A stretch of DNA of 64,000 nt from Aquificaceae bacterium. GTDB lineage: Bacteria > Aquificota > Aquificia > Aquificales > Aquificaceae. The notes under the pieces are model-generated. The model did no database searches and was not told the origin of the DNA. It worked only from the letters and a program-made list of their open reading frames with translations. The number at the start of each line of letters is the position of its first letter. The first letter of the stretch is position 1. The position numbers and the translations under genes are program-made. The DNA lies in the NCBI GenBank assembly GCA_037925075.1, contig JAXSNR010000002.1, positions 448,001 through 512,000 on the forward strand, read 5' to 3'. Of the stretch, positions 50,745 to 61,920 are shown in pieces.

Positions 50745-52493
50745 ATGGTAATGAATTTAAGTAGGAGGAAATTTCTTACTTATTCTGGTGCTGTCCTTTC
50801 CGCCTTAGCTTTTTCTCCAGCGTCTATAGCGAAAAGGCCTGTAAGTTTTGAAAAGCTTATGGAATTCAAACCTTACGGAAACCTTACCCTTGTCTTTACC
50901 TCGGATATACACGGACACCTAAAGCCTCTGTATTTTGCAGAACCTATGAATTTGTTGGCTCCAGAGCCTTTAAAGGGAACACCGGGTTATCTTGCTGGAA
51001 TGGACTTTCTTAGATACTACAACATAAAGCCCGGTTCTGTGGAAGCTTATACAGGCTCCTGCGTAGGCTTTATAAGACTTGCAAAGCTTTACGGTATGAC
51101 AGGCGGTGCACCTCAGATGGCTACGGTTATAAAGACCATAGTGAATGAAAGGGGTAAAGACAAGTGCCTTGTGTTGGATGGTGGAGATACATGGGTTACT
51201 TCTGGGATTACGGTAAAGACCGATGGCATGGCGGTTGTGGATTGGCTCAATTATGTGGGCTACGATTACATAGTGGGGCACTGGGACTTTACGGTAGGTA
51301 AAGAGAAGTTCCTTGACATAGTAAAAAACAAGCTAAAAGCCAAGTTTATCTCTTATAACATCACCGAAGAGCCCTTTGGAGAACTTGTTTTTCCTCCTTA
51401 CGATGTGGTGGAGAAAAATGGCGTGAAAATAGGCATAATAGGAAGCTCTTTTCCCTTTACACCTCTTGCGAACCCAAGGGTCTACACAGAAGGCTGGAGC
51501 TTTGGAGTTAGGCCAGAAGAACTTCAAAAATACGTAAAGGAGCTTAGGGAAAAGCACAAGGTGGACCTTGTTATTCTTCTTTCCCACGATGGTCTTCCTC
51601 TTGACATAGCCCTGATGAAAATGGTAAAGGGAATTGACATAGTCATATCTGGGCATACCCACGATATAACACCCGTACCTGTAAAGGTAGGCGATACCCT
51701 TATAGTCTCTCCCGGCTCTCATGGAAAGTTCGTAGGAAGGATGGACTTGGATGTAAGGGACGGAAAACTTCAGGGCTACAGGTTCAAGCTAATACCCGTA
51801 CTTTCTGAGGTAGTGCCAGAGGACAAGGGAGCCAAAGAGCTTGTCAAAAAATGGTATGCACCCTACGAGAAGGAATTTAACACGGTTATAGGTACCGCTC
51901 ATACGCTTCTGTATAAGAGAGACACAGTTTTTAGCACATGGGACAGACTCATAGGCGAAGCCCTTGCGGACTATTATCATGGTGTGGATGCGGTTATGTC
52001 GCTGGATGTGGCTACATCTCCGGGCTTCAGATGGGGCACAACGGTTCTTCCGGGACAGAAGATAACCGTGGAACATGTTTATGATGTGCTTGGAATGACT
52101 TATCCGGAAGTGTTTATCCTTAAGAGAAAGGGAAGAGACCTCCTTGCACTGTGGGAGGATGTGGCGGACAATGTGTTTAATCCAAATCCTCTGTACCAAC
52201 AGGGTGGAGACATGTCAAGGATATACGGTGTGGAATACGAGCTGAAGATAAACGCAAAACAAGGCGAAAGAATAAGAAACGTAAGGATAAAGGGCAAGCC
52301 CTTAGAGATGGACAAAGAGTACTTGGTTGCAGTCTACGGAGGACCACCACCCATGGGAGTCCAACCGGAGAAGAAAAACATAAGGGATATAGTCATAGAC
52401 TACATAAGGAAGAAGAAAGACATCCATGTTGATAGGAAGCCCAACGTTAAGGTTTTAGACCATCCTTACAATACGGAATGCTACTGGAGGTGA
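50745..52493 (+). CDS. soxB: Thiosulfohydrolase SoxB
   Basis: Tat motif SRRKFL, SDIHG, LDGGDTW, GHWDF, GHTHD, SPGFRWG, QQGGDM. Confidence 0.95.
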   Translation: MVMNLSRRKFLTYSGAVLSALAFSPASIAKRPVSFEKLMEFKPYGNLTLVFTSDIHGHLKPLYFAEPMNLLAPEPLKGTPGYLAGMDFLRYYNIKPGSVEAYTGSCVGFIRLAKLYGMTGGAPQMATVIKTIVNERGKDKCLVLDGGDTWVTSGITVKTDGMAVVDWLNYVGYDYIVGHWDFTVGKEKFLDIVKNKLKAKFISYNITEEPFGELVFPPYDVVEKNGVKIGIIGSSFPFTPLANPRVYTEGWSFGVRPEELQKYVKELREKHKVDLVILLSHDGLPLDIALMKMVKGIDIVISGHTHDITPVPVKVGDTLIVSPGSHGKFVGRMDLDVRDGKLQGYRFKLIPVLSEVVPEDKGAKELVKKWYAPYEKEFNTVIGTAHTLLYKRDTVFSTWDRLIGEALADYYHGVDAVMSLDVATSPGFRWGTTVLPGQKITVEHVYDVLGMTYPEVFILKRKGRDLLALWEDVADNVFNPNPLYQQGGDMSRIYGVEYELKINAKQGERIRNVRIKGKPLEMDKEYLVAVYGGPPPMGVQPEKKNIRDIVIDYIRKKKDIHVDRKPNVKVLDHPYNTECYWR

Positions 52494-52497
52494 GGCC

Positions 52498-53373
52498 ATG
52501 TTAAGGTTTATTATTGCTTTTCTTCTTCCCCTTTTTGTCTTTGCCATGGACCCCCTCAGAGTTATGTACATTACCTATAACCTCAAGGAAAAGGACTTCA
52601 AAGCTGGAGTTGAGTCTGTAAAAAAGGGCATGGAAGCTCAAGGTCTAAAGGTGCTTAGAACTCTTACCATATCCGATGCCATAAGGGCGAGGGGAAACCA
52701 AGCTTTCAGAAACTACTATGTGATTTTTGGATGCCAGTTTGACCGCATGGGAGATATTCTTCTTAAGGCACCAGCTCTTAGCAACATAGTACCATGCAGT
52801 GTAGCGGTTTATGAAGAAAAGGGCAGAATAAAGGCTACTGTTATAAACCACAAGGTCTTTTTAGCACGCTACAGGAAGGAATTAAGTCCCTCCGAAAGAA
52901 AAGAGGTGAATGGAATTTATGGCAAACTTCATTCCGCCTTAGCCTCTGTAAGCGTCAATAAACCCGCTGTTCCTCAGGTTCCCCCGATGAAGGAGGAGTT
53001 GGTTCGTGAATCTGCGGTGGAGAACATGGACTTTGATACCTTTAAGACCCTCTATAAGACAACCCTTGACGGTGTAAATATGAACATCTTGGATATAATG
53101 GACATAAGAGGCGATAGCCCAAAGTTTTCCATATTCTTAGCCTGCAACCTAAGCTACGGCGAAGCCATACTCAAGGACATACCCCAGTTTGGAACCCTTG
53201 CCCCCTGTAGGATATACCTTTACGAAAAAGAGGGAAAGGTTATTACCGGCTACATAAACATACCCTTCCTTCTTAAAACCTACGGAAAGCACCTTAGCAA
53301 GGAGAACGCAGAGATATTCCGCAAAGCGGACCAAGACATAAGGCAAGCTATAAAAGAGGCAAAGGGAGAATAA
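52498..53373 (+). CDS. Exported tandem DUF302-domain protein
   Basis: Two domains with (G/A)C...PC(S/R)(V/I).YE motifs. Confidence 0.75.
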   Translation: MLRFIIAFLLPLFVFAMDPLRVMYITYNLKEKDFKAGVESVKKGMEAQGLKVLRTLTISDAIRARGNQAFRNYYVIFGCQFDRMGDILLKAPALSNIVPCSVAVYEEKGRIKATVINHKVFLARYRKELSPSERKEVNGIYGKLHSALASVSVNKPAVPQVPPMKEELVRESAVENMDFDTFKTLYKTTLDGVNMNILDIMDIRGDSPKFSIFLACNLSYGEAILKDIPQFGTLAPCRIYLYEKEGKVITGYINIPFLLKTYGKHLSKENAEIFRKADQDIRQAIKEAKGE

Positions 53374-53374
53374 A

Positions 53375-54208
53375 CTACACCGAAGAGGGCAAGCACAGTT
53401 CCCACGCCTTATAGGAGCTTCTTACCTCTGGTCCGCTTGCCACCCTTTTAAAACCTAAGCTATAGGCTATCTTTTCTAACTCTTTAAACTCGTCTTCTGT
53501 ATAGTACTTCACCACAGGATGATGGTTTCTTGAAGGCTGGTAATATTGGCCTATAGTAAGAAACTCACAGCATACGGACCTTAGGTCTTTCATCACCTGA
53601 AGGATCTCTTCCCACTCTTCTCCAAAGCCAAGCACTAAGGCGGACTTGGTAGGCACATGTGGAGCAAGCTCCTTTGAACACCTCAAAAGCTCTAAACTTC
53701 TTACATACTTGGAACCAGCCCTCACCCTTTCGTACAATCTTGGCACCGTTTCCACATTATGAGCAAGCACATCCAACCCGGAAGAGAGAACCTTTTTAAG
53801 AGCCTCCCTACTACCTTTAAAGTCTGGCACAAGTGCCTCCACCCTTACACTCTCTATGTTTTCCTTTAAAACTCTTACGCATTTTGCAAAGTGCCCCGCA
53901 CCACCATCTGGCAGATCATCCCTTGTGGGAGATGTAATTACCACGTAATTTAGCTTTAGATGTCTGACCGCTTGCAAGAGTTTGTAAGGTTCATGTGCAT
54001 CTATGGGCAAAGGTTTGCCCCTTTGAAGGTTGCAAAAACTACAGGCTCGCGTACATGTATTCCCCATTATCATGAAGGTGGCAGTGCCAGAGCCAAAGCA
54101 CTCCCCAATGTTGGGACAGCGAGACTCTTCGCAAACGGTATGAAGTTTGAGGCTTCTTAATAACCTTTTTACCTTGTGAGTATCGGATAGCTTAAGAATG
54201 GGCTTCAT
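53375..54208 (-). CDS. lipA: Lipoyl synthase
   Basis: CEESRCPNIGEC, CTRACSFC, HNVETV, VRSSY. Confidence 0.95.
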   Translation of the reverse strand: MKPILKLSDTHKVKRLLRSLKLHTVCEESRCPNIGECFGSGTATFMIMGNTCTRACSFCNLQRGKPLPIDAHEPYKLLQAVRHLKLNYVVITSPTRDDLPDGGAGHFAKCVRVLKENIESVRVEALVPDFKGSREALKKVLSSGLDVLAHNVETVPRLYERVRAGSKYVRSLELLRCSKELAPHVPTKSALVLGFGEEWEEILQVMKDLRSVCCEFLTIGQYYQPSRNHHPVVKYYTEDEFKELEKIAYSLGFKRVASGPEVRSSYKAWELCLPSSV

Positions 54209-54255
54209 AGCTTAAAATCTTAACAAAAATCCATAAGAAGCTTATAATATACCCT

Positions 54256-54633
54256 ATGGTCAGCACACTACCACCAGAGGTTGTGATAAGGCTACAGGAA
54301 AAGTTGGGAAAAGAAGAAGCCCTTGAATTTATAAAAGCCTTGGATGAAACACTAAAAGAGCTTAGCCTCAAAAGAAAACTGGAGCTAAAAGAAGAACTTA
54401 CAAAAGAGTTGGTTACAAAGGCTGATTTAAGGGAGGAAGTCGCAAAGCTAAGAGAGGAGATCGCCAGATTAGACGGTGAAATTGCGGAGTTAAGAGGTCA
54501 GATTGCAGAATTGAACGCGAAGATTTCAAAGCTTGAAACCTACATGAAGGTTTTAATAGCCCTTTTTCTGATAGCCATAGCCCTTTACAGCCCTGTGTTT
54601 TTTGAACTTGTAAAATTACTTCTTAAATCTTAA
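54256..54633 (+). CDS. DUF1640-like coiled-coil protein with a C-terminal membrane anchor
   Basis: LVTKADL neck motif, heptad repeats, hydrophobic C-terminus. Confidence 0.7.
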   Translation: MVSTLPPEVVIRLQEKLGKEEALEFIKALDETLKELSLKRKLELKEELTKELVTKADLREEVAKLREEIARLDGEIAELRGQIAELNAKISKLETYMKVLIALFLIAIALYSPVFFELVKLLLKS

Positions 54634-55764
<1,131 letters not shown>

Positions 55765-55792
55765 CCTGCTTGCAAGGAAAATCCTTATACTT

Positions 55793-57511
55793 ATGATGGT
55801 ATTTGTGCTTTCTTTCTCTACAGAGATAGAAAGGTATAATACAAACCTCGCCCAGGCATACTTTCATAGGGGGTACATAGAATATCAGCAAGGAAATTAC
55901 AGTGATGCAATAGGGGAGTTCAGTAGGTCCTTTTTGGCGGACAGGGCAGGATACTACGGCGAGCTTTCCTACCTATATATAGGCATCTCCTATGCGAAGA
56001 ATTCTTACAAAATAGGTAAAAGAGAGGGTGTTCTTTCTGCAATAGCTTACCTTAACATGTATCCCTACTACTACAAAAAACCACCTATCTTTTCCTTCAG
56101 AAGGAGTTTATAGGAGATTCTTACCTTCTCTTGGGCTTTTACGACAGAGCAAAGGATGTATTTTTGGACCTCTATAGAAATACAAGTAGAGACGACTACC
56201 TTTTGAAGTTTCTCTATGCAGACTCTCTCGGGAGGATCAAACAGCCAGCTTCTTGATAATATAGATCCAGAAACGCTTGTAGAGAAAAAGTACCTTTACT
56301 ATCTTGTTAAGGGTTTTTATGCCTTCAATGCGAGCAACTATTCTCAGGCTTTAAGAGAGCTTTCTGAAGCTCGCAACCTTAACAGGTACTTAGAGGAAGA
56401 CCCTGAGTTCTTATATAGGTACGCGGTAAGCGGGTATATGGAGGAAAACTGGAGAAGTGCCATATTTTACTTTGAACAGCTTGATAGAAAGGATATATAC
56501 AGAAAATATTCGGACTCCGTCAACTACTATCTTGCCCTTATATATCTCATGAGCGAAAACTATGCAGATGCAAAAAAAAGGGTCATAGATATTTTGAACT
56601 CTGAAGGTCTAAAGGCAAATTTATTGCTTTCCCAGCTTTGGCTATTTCCAAAGTTTTTTGAAAAGTACACAAAAGATTTCAAAGATTATCAAAGGAATCT
56701 GAAAAACATTTCCTGGACTTACTTAAACAGCGTTTATTCAATACCAGCAATCCTCGGTGTTTATTACTATACTCTTAAGGAGAAAAAGATACAAGAACCA
56801 GACATTTTAAGGCTCAAAGAGATCAAGTTGCCCAAGGAGATAGTCTTTGAAGACGTGAGGGTGGAAACAGAGCCCATGTTATCTGCAATACGAAGCCTTA
56901 TGTCTGGGGTAAATCCTTACGGTGAGGATGCAAGTTTCCTGATAGGGCTCTACACGGTAAACCCGAACAATTACGTCCTTCTCTTTGGATACGAAAAGCT
57001 TGCAAGAGCTGTGGTTTACCTTGGAGACCTAAAGCTAAAAAGCGTCCCCGAAAAATTGGATGAGCCACTAAAGGGTTTTCTTTTAGGTCAGCTTTTGCTT
57101 CTTGAGGGCTCCGAAGAAGGACTGAGGATGATTGAATCTTCTTTGCAAGGGCTTACCGGTGCAGACAGGTTAGAAGCTCTTTTTATCAAGGGGATATACA
57201 GAAAGGATGTAAAACTACTTGAAAGCCTTGTTGCTGAGGAGCTTCCGCAGAGAGCACTTCCATACTTAGAGCCCGCCTTATTAGAACTGGGTGATTTTTA
57301 CTACAGCAGGGGACAGTATGAAAAGGCAAAGATTTACTATAGGAAATATTTAGAAAATGCGCAAGAAAGCGACCTCTATTGGCTTGTTGCCTACAGGCTT
57401 GCAAAGTCTGGTGAACTAACCAAAGATAGGGAGACGATAAACTGGGTTGTAAAAAAAGCGAAAGGGAAAGATAATATTATAAGCAGGGTTATAATTATTT
57501 TGTGGGGGTGA
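55793..57511 (+). pseudogene. Exported TPR-like protein upstream of flgB, broken by two frameshifts
   Basis: First frame stops at 56113; a second frame (about 56083-56230) reads TYLFLQKEFIGDSYLLLGFYDRAKDVF..YADSL; the original frame resumes at about 56228. Confidence 0.7.
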
Positions 57512-57516
57512 AAGAG

Positions 57517-57888
57517 ATGGATATTTTCAAGGGGGTGGAGAAGGTAATGCCCTTCCTTAACTACACATGGAAGAGGCACAAGATAATACTTAGCAACATT
57601 GCCAACGCAGATACTCCCAACTACAGAACAAAGGATGTAGCCTTCAGCTTGGAAGAGGGTGGCAGGTTAAAAATTACAAGACCCAGTCATATGAAGCCCT
57701 CAAACTCCGAAAACTTCAAGGTATTTGAGGTAGGGAAAAGGCTTGTGGGAAATGACCTAAACGATGTAAGCGTGGAGGAGGAAATGACCAAGCTAAACCA
57801 AAACAGGATAGCTTACGAGGTTTACATGAAGTTTGCTACGGGAAGCCTTGAAAAGTTAAACACTGTAATAAGGGAGGGTAGACAATGA
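57517..57888 (+). CDS. flgB: Flagellar basal-body rod protein FlgB
   Basis: SNIANADTPNY..KD, ND.NDVSVEEEM. Confidence 0.93.
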   Translation: MDIFKGVEKVMPFLNYTWKRHKIILSNIANADTPNYRTKDVAFSLEEGGRLKITRPSHMKPSNSENFKVFEVGKRLVGNDLNDVSVEEEMTKLNQNRIAYEVYMKFATGSLEKLNTVIREGRQ

Positions 57889-58298
57889 TGGACCTTTTTA
57901 GGACCTTTGATGTGTCCGCAAGCGGGATGCAAGCACAGAGGATAAGGTTTAACACCATAGCCAGCAACCTAGCAAACTTTGAATCCTACAGGGTTAACGG
58001 CGAGCCCTTCAGAAAGCTAGAACCAGTTTTTGAAGCGCTACAGACAGAAGAAAGCTTACAAAAGGGTTATATTCCTGTGAGAGTCAGAGAAATAAGAGAG
58101 TCTAACGAGCCCTTTAGGCTTGTCTTTGATCCAACAAATCCAAGAGCGGACGCAGAAGGTTTTGTCAGATACCCCAATGTGGAGCTTGTTAAAGAGATGG
58201 CGGATATGATATCTGCGATGAGAAGCTATGAGGCGAATCTCAACGCCTTTAGGACAACAAGAGAAATGGCGCAGAGGACCCTTGAGCTATGGAGATAA
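57885..58298 (+). CDS. flgC: Flagellar basal-body rod protein FlgC
   Basis: SASGMQAQR, NLAN, YPNVE, RSYEAN. Confidence 0.95.
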   Translation: MMDLFRTFDVSASGMQAQRIRFNTIASNLANFESYRVNGEPFRKLEPVFEALQTEESLQKGYIPVRVREIRESNEPFRLVFDPTNPRADAEGFVRYPNVELVKEMADMISAMRSYEANLNAFRTTREMAQRTLELWR

Positions 58299-58570
58299 GG
58301 GCTATAGATGGACTTTTGAAGCAAAGGTCGAGCATCCAAAATAGGGAGAAGGGAGATTTTCTACAGGAGCTTGATAAGTTTGTCCAATGGGTCAACAAAG
58401 AACAACAAAAGGCTGAAAGCATAAAGGAAGCGGTTCTAAAGGGCGCTGAAATCCCACTTCATCAGATGGTGGTTGAGTTTGAAAAGGCAAAAACAGCCTT
58501 GAACCTCCTTATCCAGGTAAGGAACAAGCTTTTGGAAGCCTTTCAGGAGCTAAACAGAATGCAGGTGTAA
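58289..58570 (+). CDS. fliE: Flagellar hook-basal body protein FliE
   Basis: QVRNKLLEAFQELNRMQV. Confidence 0.93.
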   Translation: MEIRAIDGLLKQRSSIQNREKGDFLQELDKFVQWVNKEQQKAESIKEAVLKGAEIPLHQMVVEFEKAKTALNLLIQVRNKLLEAFQELNRMQV

Positions 58571-58573
58571 GGG

Positions 58574-60079
58574 ATGGCGGACATAAGGGAGACACTTAAC
58601 AATTTAAAGGACAAGTTTTTAGCACTTTCTACGACTCAAAAGGCAATTCTCATAGCCTTACCTATTCTTGTCTTGGGAATTCTTATAACTTTGGCAACCT
58701 TTGCCACAAAGCCCAACTATACCGTCTTATACTCCGGTCTTTCTCAAGAGGACATGTCTGCGGTTATGGTAGAGCTTGATAAAGAAGGCATAAACTACAA
58801 GGTGGGGCAGGATGGAAAAAGCATACTGGCTCCAGAGCCTCAGGCAAGGGATATAAGACTTAAACTTGCCGCAAAAGGTATACCTAGCAAGGGTATAGTG
58901 GGTTATGAGGTGTTTGATAAAACAGGTATAGGTGTTTCTGACTTTCAAAATCAGGTGAATTTCAAAAGGGCTGTTGAAGGGGAGCTATCAAGGACCATTC
59001 TAAGGATGTCCGGGGTAGAAGATGTGAGAGTAAACATAGGCATGCCACAAAAATCCATCTTTCTTAGGGAAGAAGAAGAGCCAACCGCAAGCGTCTTCGT
59101 AAAGCTAAAGCCAGGTCATGAGCTTACTCCGGAGCAGGTAAAAGCCATAAGAAATTTAGTCTCTGCAAGCGTTCCCAGGCTAAAACCTAAAAGTGTTGTC
59201 GTAGTAGATGATAAGGGTAGGGATCTAAGTAGTATGTTAGAGGAGATGGAAGATTCAATAAGGGATAAGGAGTTAAAGCTCAAGGCTGAGTTTGAAAAAA
59301 GACTCGAAAAGGAAGTACAAAGAGCCCTCGAGGAAGCTTTAGGCTTTGGTGCAGTAAAGGTCAAAGTATCTGCGGACCTTGACTTTACAAAAAGGGAACA
59401 GAAGGAAGAGATATACGACCCAGATATGACCGCGGTGGTAAGCCAGCAGAAGAAAAAGGAAAGAACAACCACAGGTGGTGTTGCAGGAGTTCCCGGCGCT
59501 CAAGCAAACATACCACCGGGTGCAGGTGCGGTAGCGGGTGGAGGTCAGGTGCTTACTGAAAGGAACGAAACCATTACCAACTATGAGGTAAGCAAAAAGG
59601 AGGTTTACAGCGTTGACCCACTTATAAAGGTCAAAAGACTCAGTGTAGGAGTTTTGGTAGATGCGAACATAAAAAACCTTGATTTGGAAAAGGTTAAGAG
59701 AATTGTATCCGCATCTGCAGGCATAGACCCACAGAGAGGTGATTTGATAACCGTAGAGGCCATACCCTTCCAGAAGCCAGTCTTTGAAAAACCCCCACCG
59801 GATTACGAAAAGTACATAAAGCTGGGGCTTCTTGTTTTTCTGGTGATTGTTGCTAGCATAATATCCCTATTCACTTTAAAAAGACTTCTCAAAAAGAAAG
59901 AAGTTACTCCTGTTCCAGTCGTGCCAGGAGTGCCTACCCTTGAAGTCATAGAAGGTGCAGAGGAAATAAGAATGAAGGCGGAAAAAGTGGAAGCGGTAGA
60001 AGCAATTGCTAAAACAGCAAAAGAAGAGCCTGAAAAGGTGGCAAAGATACTCAAGGGATGGTTAAGGAGTAAGACTTAA
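58574..60079 (+). CDS. fliF: Flagellar MS-ring protein FliF
   Basis: GYEVFD, RAVEGELSRTI, TASV, GVPGA, NYEVSK, two transmembrane segments. Confidence 0.95.
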   Translation: MADIRETLNNLKDKFLALSTTQKAILIALPILVLGILITLATFATKPNYTVLYSGLSQEDMSAVMVELDKEGINYKVGQDGKSILAPEPQARDIRLKLAAKGIPSKGIVGYEVFDKTGIGVSDFQNQVNFKRAVEGELSRTILRMSGVEDVRVNIGMPQKSIFLREEEEPTASVFVKLKPGHELTPEQVKAIRNLVSASVPRLKPKSVVVVDDKGRDLSSMLEEMEDSIRDKELKLKAEFEKRLEKEVQRALEEALGFGAVKVKVSADLDFTKREQKEEIYDPDMTAVVSQQKKKERTTTGGVAGVPGAQANIPPGAGAVAGGGQVLTERNETITNYEVSKKEVYSVDPLIKVKRLSVGVLVDANIKNLDLEKVKRIVSASAGIDPQRGDLITVEAIPFQKPVFEKPPPDYEKYIKLGLLVFLVIVASIISLFTLKRLLKKKEVTPVPVVPGVPTLEVIEGAEEIRMKAEKVEAVEAIAKTAKEEPEKVAKILKGWLRSKT

Positions 60080-60081
60080 AG

Positions 60082-61062
60082 ATGGCGGACGAAATCCTAA
60101 GTCAGGAAGAGGTAAACCTCCTGCTTCAGACCCTTGGTAAGGAGGAAGAGAAAGCGGCTGTCGTTGAAGAGGGGAAGATAAAACCTCTTGATCTTTCACT
60201 TTTTGAGCGTATATCGGCGGGTAAGATACCCGGGCTTGAACTCATATTTGAGCGATGGATAAACGGTTTGAGAAGAGGCCTTACATCCTTAGTTGTTACG
60301 ATTCCGAGCGTATTCAAGGATAGTGTTACCGTAACAAGGTTTGGAGATTTTACCGCAAAACTTCCCTTACCCTGTGCCATAGGCATCTTTAACATTGAAC
60401 CCTTAAGAGGACAAGCTCTTATGGTGGTTGACCCCAAGCTTATATACATAATTGTTAGTAGCGTGTTTGGTGGAAGTGCAAAGCCTTATAAGATAGAAGG
60501 TAAAGAGTTTACGAGAATAGAAACTAAGCTGATTCAGAGGTTGCTCAATATATGCTACCAAGAGTTGGAGTTGGCTTGGAGCAGTATCATGAATGTAAAG
60601 ATTATGCCTGTGGGTATTGAAACAAACCCTGCACTATTAACAGTAGCTCGTGCAAAGGAAAAGTTCATCCTCCTAAGGTTAGTAATAGTTATAGAGGGTA
60701 GCGAAGGGTACATATATCTGGCAATACCAGAAGCATCTATAGCTCCATACAGGGATATACTGAAAGGCTCAAGCGACGTTAGGTTAAAATATTTGCAAGA
60801 GGGATCCATAAAAAGCTTTCAGAACGTACCTTTTTATCTGGAGGTTATATTGGGTAAGAGCCATATAACCTTGGGAGAGCTTCTTGAGCTTAAAAGTGGA
60901 GACATAATAAAGCTTGATAGGTTAGTTAAAGAGCCATTGGAAGTAAGAATCGAAGGGATACCTAAGTTTACGGCTTTTTTAGGACAGTTGGGTAGCACAA
61001 AGGCTATTAAGGTTCATAGCTACTTTCATAAGGAGGATTTACATGGAAGAGGAAAAACATGA
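60082..61062 (+). CDS. fliM: Flagellar motor switch protein FliM
   Basis: ILSQEEVNLLL, FGG, KEFTRIE, ETNP, C-terminal SpoA domain. Confidence 0.92.
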   Translation: MADEILSQEEVNLLLQTLGKEEEKAAVVEEGKIKPLDLSLFERISAGKIPGLELIFERWINGLRRGLTSLVVTIPSVFKDSVTVTRFGDFTAKLPLPCAIGIFNIEPLRGQALMVVDPKLIYIIVSSVFGGSAKPYKIEGKEFTRIETKLIQRLLNICYQELELAWSSIMNVKIMPVGIETNPALLTVARAKEKFILLRLVIVIEGSEGYIYLAIPEASIAPYRDILKGSSDVRLKYLQEGSIKSFQNVPFYLEVILGKSHITLGELLELKSGDIIKLDRLVKEPLEVRIEGIPKFTAFLGQLGSTKAIKVHSYFHKEDLHGRGKT

Positions 61063-61383
61063 AGAGATAATGGACATGTGGGCATCCGCCCTCAAGGAAC
61101 AGGAAGAAGCCTCTAAAGCAAGTCAGCCACAACCTGAGGCTAAAAAGGAGGAACCGCCAGCGGAAATCTCCGATAAGCTTAAAAGGTTTCTGGATATACC
61201 CCTTCAAGTAGAAGTGGTTGTGGGTTCTACAAAAATGACACTGGGTGAACTCTTATACTTGTGGAGATAAGGGTAAACGGAAAACTTGTAGCCACTGGAG
61301 AGATAGTTATAGTGGAGGATAGGTTTGGTGTGAGAATAATTGACATAGTAGAAAGGGAAGAAAGGATTAAAAAGGTTATATAA
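61043..61383 (+). pseudogene. fliN: fliN with an internal frameshifting deletion
   Basis: N-part LDIPLQVEVVVGSTKMTLGELL; from 61261 a different frame reads VEIRVNGKLVATGEIVIVEDRFGVRIIDI; the usual GSVVELD-type segment is missing. Confidence 0.88.
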
Positions 61384-61402
61384 TACAAGCTTGGAGGATG
61401 GC

Positions 61403-61561
61403 ATGGCAATGGAAGATGTAAGACACCTAGTGAGGGAGCTTCTTGAAGAGGTGAAAAGCCTGGAAAGCAAGCTTGAGGAAGTAATAAAACCATTGGAAGA
61501 GTCATCTAACACTTTACCTTCCGCCAGCGGTAGCCTTGAGGATGTAATGAAGCAGGCTTGA
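61403..61561 (+). pseudogene. N-terminal fragment resembling CheZ phosphatase (52 aa)
   Basis: GGAGG RBS; coiled coil ending LPSASGSLEDVMKQA then a stop, similar to the start of the CheZ helical core. Confidence 0.45.
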
Positions 61562-61569
61562 AAGCATAA

Positions 61570-61907
61570 AGGATAGGTCTACTAACCTCTCCAATCAATA
61601 GAAGCATCCACCTTAGGGTTCACAAGGAACCGGATACTATAGTGAAACCCTCTGCTGATGTGCTTTTTACAATATGGCAAAAGAAGCCCGAAGCCCGTTG
61701 GCTTTGATATTGACCGGTATGGGCAACGATGGAACGGAGGGAGCTAAGGAGCTTGTAAGTAGAGGTTATACTGTTATAGTTCAGGAGCCATCCACGTGCG
61801 TTGTTTGCGGTATGCCCTGTTCCGCCATAGAAGCCGGGGCATATACTTATATTATGTCGGTGGAGGAAATGGGTAGGAAAGTCAGAGAAATATGTAAAGC
61901 TTTATAG
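61570..61907 (+). pseudogene. cheB: C-terminal fragment of CheB methylesterase with a frameshift
   Basis: KPSADVLFT, frameshift near 61672, then ILTGMGNDGTEGA..Q..TCVVCGMP; the receiver domain and STGG motif are absent. Confidence 0.85.
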
Positions 61908-61920
61908 GAGGTGAAAGCGG

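Noticed and set aside
60082..61062. Gene after fliF as fliG
   Set aside because: The motifs are FliM-type (LSQEE N-terminus, SpoA C-terminus).
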